Shown in pieces: positions 8,538-18,292 of a stretch of 26,007 nt of DNA (position 1 is the stretch's first letter; each line of letters opens with the position of its first letter). Under the pieces are notes generated by a model that worked only from the letters and a program-made list of their open reading frames with translations, did no database searches and had not been told where the DNA came from. The DNA lies in the IMG/VR virus record IMGVR_UViG_3300048629_000014, positions 1 through 26,007 of that record; one strand, written 5' to 3'. Both the position numbers and the translations under genes were made by a program. The stretch is from a virus (taxonomy: Duplodnaviria > Caudoviricetes).

Positions 8538-9431
8538 TTAAGGAGTTTTAGTACCAAGTACAAATCTCTCAGGGAAAGCATAAGATGCTGTATTCCACCA
8601 ATGAGCTTTGAAACGGATGTTGTTTGACAAATCAGTATCACCCATATCCTTCAATGTAACGTTATTTCTATCGTTATCAATGTCAGTTAGGTAGTACAAG
8701 TTTGAAACAAACGAACCATAAACATATCCAGGATTTGCACCAACGATACCTGCGATTTTTACACCAAGGTAATTAGTACCTTTTTCGTCAAGATAGAACT
8801 GTGGCATTGCACCATTCTTTGCAAGAGCTTGTTCGTAAACAGCTTTGTCAGTTGTGTGCATAATGATAACTGCATCAGAAGGATCAAAATCTTCAACTTG
8901 TGCTAAAGCAGAATATACTTTACCAATCTCATCTAAGATATTATCAACAGTTAAAACACCTGCTAATGTTACCTTGTTTTGAGTAGGAATATCAGTATCT
9001 GCAACAGCCTCAGCAGTAATAGCAGACCAAATGTCCTTATCAACAGCAATAGCTACTCTATGTAGGATAGCTTCTGTAATAGCAGTTGCAGCTTCTGCGT
9101 TAAGAGAACCATCTGCTCCAGGTTGCATATCGTATGCAGACCATTCGATGTTTAGTTCATCCTTACAGAACTGTAAGTTAATATTTACTGGAGATAAATC
9201 AACAGTTTTATTGTTGATGTCACCACCAGCAGGCGTGAAATCACAAAGAGAACCTTGTAAGGCATCTGTACCTACTTGGATAGTTCTCAGAGTAGTTTTA
9301 CCCTTTGCATTTTGACGGATTTGGAAAATCCCTTGAGCTAAAGATGAGCCTTTGACCATCTGTCTAGCTATAAGTTTACCAGCCTCTATACCAACAAATT
9401 GGTGAGTACTAGATTGTGACACATTAGCCAT
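8538..9431 (-). CDS. Major capsid protein
   Basis: 297 aa after protease and scaffold, followed by a strong terminator. CDFTPAG...LQFCKDEL..W, LTVDNILDEIGKVY and DLSNNIRFKA motifs. Confidence 0.8.
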   Translation of the reverse strand: MANVSQSSTHQFVGIEAGKLIARQMVKGSSLAQGIFQIRQNAKGKTTLRTIQVGTDALQGSLCDFTPAGGDINNKTVDLSPVNINLQFCKDELNIEWSAYDMQPGADGSLNAEAATAITEAILHRVAIAVDKDIWSAITAEAVADTDIPTQNKVTLAGVLTVDNILDEIGKVYSALAQVEDFDPSDAVIIMHTTDKAVYEQALAKNGAMPQFYLDEKGTNYLGVKIAGIVGANPGYVYGSFVSNLYYLTDIDNDRNNVTLKDMGDTDLSNNIRFKAHWWNTASYAFPERFVLGTKTP

Positions 9432-9475
9432 GATTTTTAATACCTATTTCTAGGGTTTTGTTTTCAATTTAACAA

Positions 9476-10138
9476 TTACTTTTTTAAACCCTCTTCGACT
9501 AACTTAGTCATAGAGAAAGGTTCATCAGTTTTACCATCAGTTGATGGATTAACCTTTGTAGGCTTTGAAGCTGGCTTTTGCATTTCCAACTTTAATTCCT
9601 GCAATTCAGTTTCAATAGGTTCGAAACGTTTTAATGTTTCAGAAACAACCTCAGAAACTAGCTCTTTAACCTCATCTTTTGTGAAAAATTCACCTTGTAA
9701 GGTTTGTTGAGTATCTTCTTTTGGTTCTTTTCCTTCCTGAGAACCATCTTCAGGACCTTTACCTTCTTTGCCTTCTTCAGACATATATTGGTAAGTCAAA
9801 CCTTGGATTGCATCAAACACCATGTTCATAGCTTTCTGGCCCCATCTAGGTGGAAAAGCTACATAATCATTAGGGTTTTTAAGCACATCTTCTGCGTTTG
9901 CTTTGGTTGACTTATCCACAGCTTCCTTAATCATCTGCTCAAGGACTGTTTTTTCTAAATAGAAATCAACAGCATCTTTGATAACTTCCAGGTTTTGCTC
10001 AGGGTTTTCTACATCAGGCTTTTTATCACCATCTACTTTTTTACCCTCTTCACCACCTTTGTTTTTATCATCTTCAGATAAATTCTGTGCTGGTTCTAAG
10101 TCAAACAATGTTTCAATGAACTTTCTAAACTTGCTCAT
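9476..10138 (-). CDS. Putative capsid scaffolding protein
   Basis: Acidic, charged, low-complexity helical protein between protease and capsid; C-terminal coiled coil plus PASKP motif. Confidence 0.6.
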   Translation of the reverse strand: MSKFRKFIETLFDLEPAQNLSEDDKNKGGEEGKKVDGDKKPDVENPEQNLEVIKDAVDFYLEKTVLEQMIKEAVDKSTKANAEDVLKNPNDYVAFPPRWGQKAMNMVFDAIQGLTYQYMSEEGKEGKGPEDGSQEGKEPKEDTQQTLQGEFFTKDEVKELVSEVVSETLKRFEPIETELQELKLEMQKPASKPTKVNPSTDGKTDEPFSMTKLVEEGLKK

Positions 10139-10152
10139 ATCATAAATTATTT

Positions 10153-10683
10153 TCAGTTAATAAATTGTCCAAAAACCTCCTGCTTTATGTCAGGCTCCAA
10201 GGCGTTGGATTCTACCTTGAACTTCTCAATATCATCTGTTATCTCTAAAATAGTTTCTTCAGGTAATTTACTCTCAATAGAAATGCCACGTAAACTACCA
10301 TCTTGTACTCTATCCCAAATAGAATCATCTTGTACTTTTAACTTTACTCTCCACTCGTCACCATCCATGTAACTGTCTGCTACCTCTAAACCATCTGTAC
10401 TTTCTAGTGAATGGTCTATGCTTAACTCTACATCATTAGCTATAAACTTTTGTGCTAAATCTTCTATGGTAGGTTGATTGAAATAGATAAACATTTCAGG
10501 CTTTTTACGATAAATCTTTTGTTTAGCTTTTAGTACCAAACTATCTACTATTCTGTTCTCGGCATCTATTTTACAACCATCACTTAATGAGCAAATACCA
10601 ACATCTTCTCCGTTTGCAGGTAAACCCACAAGAGAAAGTCTTTTTACTCCTTGTTCATTTGTATTTACTCTGTTTATCTTCAT
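10153..10683 (-). CDS. Putative prohead serine protease (XkdF-like)
   Basis: LSLVGLPA, SIDH, W.VKLKVQDDSIWDRVQDGSLRGISIE motifs; first gene of the head module. Confidence 0.75.
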   Translation of the reverse strand: MKINRVNTNEQGVKRLSLVGLPANGEDVGICSLSDGCKIDAENRIVDSLVLKAKQKIYRKKPEMFIYFNQPTIEDLAQKFIANDVELSIDHSLESTDGLEVADSYMDGDEWRVKLKVQDDSIWDRVQDGSLRGISIESKLPEETILEITDDIEKFKVESNALEPDIKQEVFGQFIN

Positions 10684-10868
10684 TTGCCAAAGTTTACACT
10701 TATATAAAGGTACAAACCTCTGTATTAGCCGAGAACTCTATACTTGAGAGAGTTTTACCTACATTTTCAACTTCTTTAGGTGCTTGTAAACGTTTGTAAA
10801 CGACTACCATTTTTGGGTAATTTTTCATCCAAATAGGAATTTTAATGACGAACGTTTCTAAATAGTAA

Positions 10869-11011
10869 GTTACAAATGTTACATAACTATGTATCAAATG
10901 TTACTTAGTAACAAATGTTACTTAGTAATTTATTAAAAATCAATACTTTATAATCCTTATGTATCAAATGTTACTAATAAAAATACTTTCCTTTTGTGTA
11001 ACAAAGGTTAC
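10869..11011. repeat. Five copies of a 14-bp imperfect palindrome GTAACA-AA-TGTTAC
   Basis: Copies at 10869, 10891, 10908, 10961 and 10998, each at most one mismatch from the consensus. Confidence 0.85.
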
Positions 11012-11203
11012 TTATTATGTCAAAAATTTTATATAACTTGACATTATAAGAGTAACAAGCTAATTAGATTGAATGATAATGAAATCTCGACTAAATAAAT
11101 TTTTCTTTTTTCTTTTTCTTTTTTAAACTTTCTACTTAGCTGAGAACAGGATAAAAGATTAATTACTACCTTTACTTTTACATACTTCTAATCTTTTGGT
11201 TGC

Positions 11204-11276
11204 GTTCTCGGCAGTAACTATACAAACTCTGCTACATAGAGTAATAGTACTTTAGCTTTCAACTACTGCCGAGAAC
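11204..11276. repeat. 13-bp inverted repeat built on the GCCGAGAAC motif
   Basis: GTTCTCGGCAGTA (11204-11216) and TACTGCCGAGAAC (11264-11276). Confidence 0.75.
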
Positions 11277-11304
11277 TATCAAAAACTTCTGTATGGTTCT
11301 CCGC

Positions 11305-13413
11305 CTAAATAGAAACACTATCTTTAATAGCATTATCTGCTTTAATCTTACCTTCTACTTCAGAACTAACAACATAGGCTTTCATAACTCTACTATTACT
11401 TTCGGTTATTTGTTGTTGTCTAGAAATATCTACATCATTAAATCCTGGTCTTGCTGAGGTATAACTAGACCTTATTGTTTTAGTAGGTGCACTAGAACTA
11501 CCACCATCATAAGTAAGTTTGTTGACTTTGCTCCACTCAATACCACCTGTTATTGCCATTGCGGCCGCAGTAGCTAAGTTAGCAAATGACCAAGGTTGCA
11601 TACCTAAAGCTCCTACGATAGCAGCACCTGTACTCATCAAGATACTAGCCTTTTGAAACTTTTTAGCTTTCTCAAACTCTTCTTTGTTTCTAGCATCCGA
11701 AGTATCACCTAATCCATTTAAAGCATCAGAAAGCATATAAGCAGTAATAACACCTGCTTGTAGTATATCCTCTTTTTTAGCTTGCAGTTCTTTTTGTCTA
11801 GCTAACTCATCTTTCTCTGCTTGTTTTTGATCCTTTGCTATTTGGTCTAAACCTCTTTTTCTAATATCAGCTTCTTCTTGAGCATACTGTTTAGTTAAAG
11901 CATTCTTTGTAGTAAAGAAATCAGTAAAAGCTTGAATAGCTAAAGCTTGTTGGTCAGGTTCTAAGCCTAAACCTCTAAGTTTTGTAAGAGAACCTGATAA
12001 AGTATCTCCCTCAGAAATAGTAATACCTGAAGTATCATAAACATTACCACTAAGCTCGGCTAAAACTTCGTCTGCTAATCGTTTAGCTTCTTCTAAGTTT
12101 CCAAAACCAAGCATTCTAGTAATAGCATCTTTCTGTTCTTTTATACTAGCTTTTGTTATAGACCTATCTAATTTTGCTTGAGATTTAAAGAAAGATAATA
12201 TATCTTTAACAGCATCTTCACCAGCTTTTTTATTATAAGCAGCCACTTCATCAGCGTGTTTTTTAGCTTCTACTTTTAGAGCTACCAAATGTTTAATATA
12301 AGCAGATTTAAACTCAGATGATTTTGCTTTATAATTGTCTGTAAGTAATATAGATTCTAACTCTTCTATAGATTTACCATCAACAAAACTTTTTACAGCA
12401 CTATCTATTTCTTCTAGGTGTTTCTTTAAACTATCAGCTTTTTTAGCTTGAGCATTATCAAAATTTGTTGCTATCTGTCTATATTTGGCATCTAGTTCAG
12501 CAGAAGATGAGAATAACCAATCACTATAAGATACAGATCCAAATTCATCACCTCTTGTTTGAGCAATAAGAAAACCCCTCATAGATTTAAAAGATTCTGT
12601 AATTGCTGAACTAACACCAGGGTCAGCTAAAAAGTCTTTCCAAATATTTATAAATTTAGTAGATTCTGTATTTAAGTTCTCTATAGATTTTACAGTATCA
12701 CCTCCATAAGTTTTTAATAACTCTTTAGCAAACTCAGGAAGTACTTCATCAGCCATAACAGTACCAGCTTTCAACTGCTTGTCTAGTTCTGCAGTAGTTA
12801 TTCCCATAGATTCAGCTAAAATAGCATAAGCACCAGGTAAATGATCTCCAAGTTGTTGTCTTAATTCTTCTGAAGATACTTTACCTTTAGAAATCATTTG
12901 TTCTAAAGCTTTGAAAGAACGTTCTAAAGATTGATTATCTAAATGTAGTATGGCAGCAGATTTATGTATATCCTCATAAATACTATTTGTTTGTGATAAA
13001 GTAAGATTACTTGTTTTAGTAGCTGCTCTAAATTTAGTGTATTGTTTAGTAATACTAATTAAATCCCCACCATATTTTGCAACTAACCCTCTAGTAAATG
13101 TCAAAGAGTTCTGATAATCTTCTTCTCCTGAAGTAACAGCCTTTAGAGCAAATTCCATAGCTGTATATTGCTTGTTTACTTCATAAATTTGTACAGCTAG
13201 TTTCTTTGCTAAATCTAATCCAACTCTTATAGCATTATTCCAAACGGCAAAAGCTTTGGCAGTTAATCCTGTAGATGTACCTAAATTTGTTGTTTTAGTA
13301 TTAACATTATCTATACTATCAGAATAATCCTGAAGTTTCTTTCTTAAAGAATCAAGTTCTGCTTTACTTTTGCTTGTTTTTATATCAAGCGTAAACGTTA
13401 TTTTCTCAGACAT
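11305..13413 (-). CDS. Tape measure protein
   Basis: 702 aa, helical and Ala/Lys-rich. ALEQMISKGKVSSEELRQQLGDHLPGA tape-measure domain; hydrophobic C-terminal helices. Confidence 0.9.
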   Translation of the reverse strand: MSEKITFTLDIKTSKSKAELDSLRKKLQDYSDSIDNVNTKTTNLGTSTGLTAKAFAVWNNAIRVGLDLAKKLAVQIYEVNKQYTAMEFALKAVTSGEEDYQNSLTFTRGLVAKYGGDLISITKQYTKFRAATKTSNLTLSQTNSIYEDIHKSAAILHLDNQSLERSFKALEQMISKGKVSSEELRQQLGDHLPGAYAILAESMGITTAELDKQLKAGTVMADEVLPEFAKELLKTYGGDTVKSIENLNTESTKFINIWKDFLADPGVSSAITESFKSMRGFLIAQTRGDEFGSVSYSDWLFSSSAELDAKYRQIATNFDNAQAKKADSLKKHLEEIDSAVKSFVDGKSIEELESILLTDNYKAKSSEFKSAYIKHLVALKVEAKKHADEVAAYNKKAGEDAVKDILSFFKSQAKLDRSITKASIKEQKDAITRMLGFGNLEEAKRLADEVLAELSGNVYDTSGITISEGDTLSGSLTKLRGLGLEPDQQALAIQAFTDFFTTKNALTKQYAQEEADIRKRGLDQIAKDQKQAEKDELARQKELQAKKEDILQAGVITAYMLSDALNGLGDTSDARNKEEFEKAKKFQKASILMSTGAAIVGALGMQPWSFANLATAAAMAITGGIEWSKVNKLTYDGGSSSAPTKTIRSSYTSARPGFNDVDISRQQQITESNSRVMKAYVVSSEVEGKIKADNAIKDSVSI

Positions 13414-13618
13414 GGTTTCTTAAATTTTTCTTATGAATACTATAGCTTTTCTTGAAAGCTTTTAGTTTAGAGTTCTCGGTCCTGTAGTCCTCGGTTAATG
13501 CCGAGAACACAGAACTAAGTTGACCAAGTATAGCAAAATCTATCCAGATATTACTACTAACTGTTATCTTCTTATTTTCTTTATTTATTATCATAACTAT
13601 ACTTATTATTCTTGACAA
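13406..13618 (-). CDS. Small hypothetical protein (uncertain)
   Basis: 70-aa ORF that fills the gap and overlaps both neighbours; no recognisable motif. Confidence 0.35.
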   Translation of the reverse strand: MSRIISIVMIINKENKKITVSSNIWIDFAILGQLSSVFSALTEDYRTENSKLKAFKKSYSIHKKNLRNHV

Positions 13619-16600
13619 TCATCTACTTGATAAGGAGGTCCGTAACTACCCCAACCTGCAGAATTAGAATATTTAACTTGTAAGTACCCTATCTCATCCG
13701 CTTCCGTGTACATATACTGTACAGCATCAATATCAGGAGCATCAACAGTTACTTCTTGTATCTGAGTACCCCACTGAAACTTAAACATATATTGAACAGC
13801 ATCAGGTTCAGCAACTACAGCACCATAAAACTCGTCAGTAGTTCTCTTTATACAAGAGTTAAGCTGATCTATTGTTGGTGAGTGGTCAGGTGGATTAATT
13901 ACCTCTGCAGGAATTTCTACCTCTGCCGATAAAACACCAGGACTATCTTGATATTCACCTGTTGTGTCTTTAGCAACTACTCTAAAACTTGCTTGATGTG
14001 TACTACCATCTTGAGCATAACTAAATGAGTGAGTACTAGATGTTACATCAGAAATATCTTTAGTACTTGTATCTACATAAACCCAAACCGTGTATAAATC
14101 TGCATTTGAAACATCATCCCATTCACAATGTATTGTGTCTGTAGCCTCGTCATAAGTTGCTACCAAATTAGTAGGTGCTGATAAACTAGGTATAGCAGGA
14201 ACTGTATAAACAGAACTTGTACTAACAGGCGAATCATCAGCTATACTAGAAACTGCATACACTTCATAATATACTTCTTGGTCTGAAGTTGTAGGATGAA
14301 CATACGCTGTAAATGATGGCGTTGCATTGGTAGCTGTGTAATCTTCTACTCCATCAACAAACATCTTTATCTTATAGTTCTCGGCATTAGCTACAACATC
14401 CCAAGTACCTGTGAAAACATCATTTACATCTTCCCAAGCTGAGGTTAAATTTTGAGGTGCTTCTAAAGCTGGTCTAGGTCCTGCCCACTCTGAAGTTCCT
14501 GAAGTAAGTCTTAGAACATTACCTCCAGCACTATGAACTTCTGTAGCATTTGTAAATGGATCATAAGCTCCAGCAATATCGAAAACATCACCATCTATTA
14601 TCAAACCTGTAAGAACTCCCTCAAGTTGTGCTCCTGTATAACCTCCATTGTTACCTACATATTTTAGTAAATCACCATCAGTATTATCAAACGTAGTCTT
14701 TAAAGTATGTTGTAAACCATCGGCAACCATACTATTAACACTATATCCTGAAGGCATATCGTATTCATCTTGACCAATTACAGGCTGACATATTTTGTTA
14801 TCTAGCAACATTTCCGTAGAACCATCTTCCATTCCTGTAATTTGAGTATCTCCTGAACCTACACCAAGTAGTAAAAAGTAAGGAACTGTACTAGCATTAC
14901 CGTGGTCTCCACCAATTAATGCTTGCTCATTAAGTAAGTTAGCATCCAACATAAATGTTATTGTTGAGGTATCAGCATTTATAGGTGTATCTAACTCCCA
15001 AATCGCAGCATTTGCTTCTGTAATTCTAATACCTATAACATCTTGAGCAGGTAAAGCAGGAATTACAACATCTATAGAAGTAGCCATTTGACTACTATCC
15101 CATGTTCCTGTAGAATCATTAGCTACTACAGTAGTGTAATAGGTTTGCTCAGAACTCTCTTGATTTACTGTAAGATTAAAGTATGGGTTATTTGTACCAT
15201 CATCTAGGATATTTCTTGTATCAATAGCTACTCCATTTCTATAAGTAACAAAGTCATAGTCTGTAGCATTATCTACTCTATCAACACCTATCTGTAATAG
15301 TTTATTTACATCACCCCAAACATACCTATTAAATATTGGTGTATCAAGAGCATCTTCACTTGTTTGTGGTGAAGTTACTGCATCTGAGTCTTGGTACATA
15401 TCATTTCCAATAGCTTTAAGTGTATAGTAATATGTAGGATATGCTTGTTCTAGGATATAGTAAAACTCTGTTTCACTTGCCGCTAGATTAATAGTATCTA
15501 AATAAGTACCATCACCTAAATATGTTTTTATCTCATAAGCACTAGCATTTGGAACTGCGTGCCAAGTACCATGTAAAGTGTTATTAGTTTCAGGTAAATA
15601 TTCAGCAGTTAATCCTGTTGGATTACTTAGCTTACTAAACGGAATTGTTACAACAGGTGAATTAGCTACAGGTGAAACATTACCACCATTTGTACTAGCT
15701 CTAAGTGTGTAATAAACCTCTCTATCTACATTTTTATGAGGCACATCAGCTTCAGTAAATGTAGTTCCTGTTACCATAAATGTTTTGTAAACAGTTCCAT
15801 CTGTTACCAAACTTACTGTGTATTCAGTAGCATCAGGCACAGCATCCCAAGTTCCTACTAAATCTCTTGTATTGCTATCGAAAGTCAAAGTCAAGTTTTT
15901 AGGAATTTCTAAATTGGTACTAGCTCCCCATTGGTCTCTAATAAGTTTAAAATTTACAGGGTATCTATCCATAACATCATAGTCAGAATAACTTAATATT
16001 CTAAACTTTAGATTATCAAATATAACAGGTGCAAACTCATTTAGTTTAGCATAATCTTCAGGTAATAAATGAATATCAATATCTAATACTTTAGAATCAT
16101 ACTCATACATTCCATCTAGTATTTCCTTATACTGAGCATACCAAAATGTACCTATTTGATGAGGTAATGGCATTACATAAGGATCTGTTTTATACTCTAA
16201 ATCATAGCCTCCTGTTAAGGCCCAATTAGCTTCATAAACTTTCTCACCAGGAGCTAAATCATTTGAGCCGAGAACCTTGTAGTAGTTTACTTCCTCTAAT
16301 AACTTACTGTGGCAGAATGGGTATGAATGTACTGATAAGTTAGCACCAGGATTTTCTATACCTGTAGCTAGAGAAATAGAATCAGAAGTACCATCATCTT
16401 TTTGTATAGCTCTCAAAGTTAAATCCCAATAGAATAATCTATATCCAGGATTTATAGTTGTAAACTTCTCAATATCTTTAAAGTTACGTGGCATTAATAA
16501 AGAATGTACATCCTCATTAATAGATTGTATTGCATTTGTAATAAATGGCTCGAAAACACCTGTGTATTCTAAAGACTCTTTAGCGTATCTATTGTTAGTG

Positions 16601-18288
16601 TGTATTTTTATTAAAGCTCCAAAATCTACACCGTTCTCTTCTTTGTAGTTCTTATTTAGAAAGGATAAATTCTCTTTCCATTTCAAATCAATAGTTTTAG
16701 GTAAATATTCTGAAGCAGGTTTTATATTAAACTTAGACTTCCTATCTACCATTGGTGTAATATCTAGAGTAGGTGTAGCATTTTGTTTCCAAATATCTAT
16801 TAATGGCATTATCATAAACTCTAAAGCATCACCTTTGTATCGGTACTTAATAACACTTTTTGTTATCATAAGAAACTCTTTTAATAACTCAAGTTGTGTC
16901 ATATCACCAAAGTAACTACCCATCTTTCTAGCATTTGGATCAATTACCATAGATGGAACAGTTATCCCACTATTAACACCTATTGTAAAAGTTACCCACA
17001 TTCCATCAGGTGCTGTTGTTACAGTATTCCTGAGTTCTAGGTAAACTTTATCACCTTCAGCTAAAGTTACTTCTGCTGTAAGTTCTACTCTAAAGTAAAT
17101 ACCACCAGCTATTATCTGTTCTGAGGCTAAGTCTGTTTTTGTTGTACCATCTGCAGTTTCATGAACTAGATAAATAAACATTTCTAAATCAGAAGTGTCA
17201 ATATCTGTGAAGTAATTACCACCAAATACAGAGGCAAACCCAAAGTCACCATCATTAGGAGCTACAAAATTGTAGTTTGACCACAAAGTAGTATCACTTA
17301 CATTATCTAGTTTTATTTTATGCATTAAAGTTTCAGGTAATGTACCAAATACAAATTCAGCATCATAAGTTTTAGATACTTTAGCATACTCAGCTTCAGG
17401 TATAGCTGTAGATTTAGTTTTAGAAGAACCAGGTAATTGTAAGAATAAGTTATCGAATTGTTTATTACCCTTATAAAAGTCCATATCAGCCGAGAACTGC
17501 ATCTGTTCTAGCTCACCTGTAGATGAGATAGGTACAAACTTACGCTCATTTAACATATTGTCTATAAGTGGTATAAACTTCATTGCAGGCGGTAACTTAT
17601 AACAATCAATCGCTTTCATTATTACATGAGCACCACTACTACTATTTAACAAACCGTAGAAAGGTGTATATTCCTCAGTATCTGTTTTTACTCTATCCTC
17701 TTCATGATAAAAACCATACCCAACATTATCTTGTAGTGGGTAAAACATCTCAAATGTATCATTGAAAGAACCATCATCAAACTGAAGTTGTCCATTCCAA
17801 CTATCTATTATTTGTTGATTGCTTGAATAAGTGTGATTAAACTTCTCTAACCACTTTAAATCCTTAACTTTTAATGCTTCAAGAGCTGTTTTTAAAGTAT
17901 TTAATCTGCCAAAAATTGCTACTTTGTAAATATCGGCATTAGAATCATAGTTTATTAATTGAATATTACCATCCAATATTACAGCACCATCATTTTTAAC
18001 TTGACATTGGTAAACTTTAATAGCAGGGTCGTGTCTAACATCACCTTTATAGTCAGTATGTGTAGGTGATACCAAATGTAAATCTCCGAAATCATTAAAG
18101 AACTCAGCATTAACTTCTGTACCCATCAAATCAAACTCATGTACATACTCGGAACCTACTTTAGTAAAAGCTTCCAAGTCTAGTACATCAAAGTTTATAA
18201 GCACAGCAAGTTTAGTTCCTGAATAGAGTTTAGTCCATTCTCCAACACCTGTTGAGCTATTTCTTTTATATCCTAGTAATTCTAACAT
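13606..18288 (-). CDS. Large tail tip/hub protein with multiple C-terminal FN3-like domains
   Basis: 1560 aa next to the tape measure. Repeats PKNLTL..WDAVPDATEY, PTGLTA..WHAVPNASAY, PQNLTS..WDVVANAENY, PTNLVA..WDDVSNADLY. Confidence 0.75.
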   Translation of the reverse strand: MLELLGYKRNSSTGVGEWTKLYSGTKLAVLINFDVLDLEAFTKVGSEYVHEFDLMGTEVNAEFFNDFGDLHLVSPTHTDYKGDVRHDPAIKVYQCQVKNDGAVILDGNIQLINYDSNADIYKVAIFGRLNTLKTALEALKVKDLKWLEKFNHTYSSNQQIIDSWNGQLQFDDGSFNDTFEMFYPLQDNVGYGFYHEEDRVKTDTEEYTPFYGLLNSSSGAHVIMKAIDCYKLPPAMKFIPLIDNMLNERKFVPISSTGELEQMQFSADMDFYKGNKQFDNLFLQLPGSSKTKSTAIPEAEYAKVSKTYDAEFVFGTLPETLMHKIKLDNVSDTTLWSNYNFVAPNDGDFGFASVFGGNYFTDIDTSDLEMFIYLVHETADGTTKTDLASEQIIAGGIYFRVELTAEVTLAEGDKVYLELRNTVTTAPDGMWVTFTIGVNSGITVPSMVIDPNARKMGSYFGDMTQLELLKEFLMITKSVIKYRYKGDALEFMIMPLIDIWKQNATPTLDITPMVDRKSKFNIKPASEYLPKTIDLKWKENLSFLNKNYKEENGVDFGALIKIHTNNRYAKESLEYTGVFEPFITNAIQSINEDVHSLLMPRNFKDIEKFTTINPGYRLFYWDLTLRAIQKDDGTSDSISLATGIENPGANLSVHSYPFCHSKLLEEVNYYKVLGSNDLAPGEKVYEANWALTGGYDLEYKTDPYVMPLPHQIGTFWYAQYKEILDGMYEYDSKVLDIDIHLLPEDYAKLNEFAPVIFDNLKFRILSYSDYDVMDRYPVNFKLIRDQWGASTNLEIPKNLTLTFDSNTRDLVGTWDAVPDATEYTVSLVTDGTVYKTFMVTGTTFTEADVPHKNVDREVYYTLRASTNGGNVSPVANSPVVTIPFSKLSNPTGLTAEYLPETNNTLHGTWHAVPNASAYEIKTYLGDGTYLDTINLAASETEFYYILEQAYPTYYYTLKAIGNDMYQDSDAVTSPQTSEDALDTPIFNRYVWGDVNKLLQIGVDRVDNATDYDFVTYRNGVAIDTRNILDDGTNNPYFNLTVNQESSEQTYYTTVVANDSTGTWDSSQMATSIDVVIPALPAQDVIGIRITEANAAIWELDTPINADTSTITFMLDANLLNEQALIGGDHGNASTVPYFLLLGVGSGDTQITGMEDGSTEMLLDNKICQPVIGQDEYDMPSGYSVNSMVADGLQHTLKTTFDNTDGDLLKYVGNNGGYTGAQLEGVLTGLIIDGDVFDIAGAYDPFTNATEVHSAGGNVLRLTSGTSEWAGPRPALEAPQNLTSAWEDVNDVFTGTWDVVANAENYKIKMFVDGVEDYTATNATPSFTAYVHPTTSDQEVYYEVYAVSSIADDSPVSTSSVYTVPAIPSLSAPTNLVATYDEATDTIHCEWDDVSNADLYTVWVYVDTSTKDISDVTSSTHSFSYAQDGSTHQASFRVVAKDTTGEYQDSPGVLSAEVEIPAEVINPPDHSPTIDQLNSCIKRTTDEFYGAVVAEPDAVQYMFKFQWGTQIQEVTVDAPDIDAVQYMYTEADEIGYLQVKYSNSAGWGSYGPPYQVDDCQE

Positions 18289-18292
18289 AAGA

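Noticed and set aside
10700-10897. 65-aa minus-strand ORF (and plus-strand 10587-10799) in the gap
   Set aside because: Non-ATG starts, overlap with the repeat array or the protease gene, no recognisable protein features.
10869-11011. CRISPR array
   Set aside because: Repeats are 14 bp with irregular 3-39 nt gaps; no cas genes.
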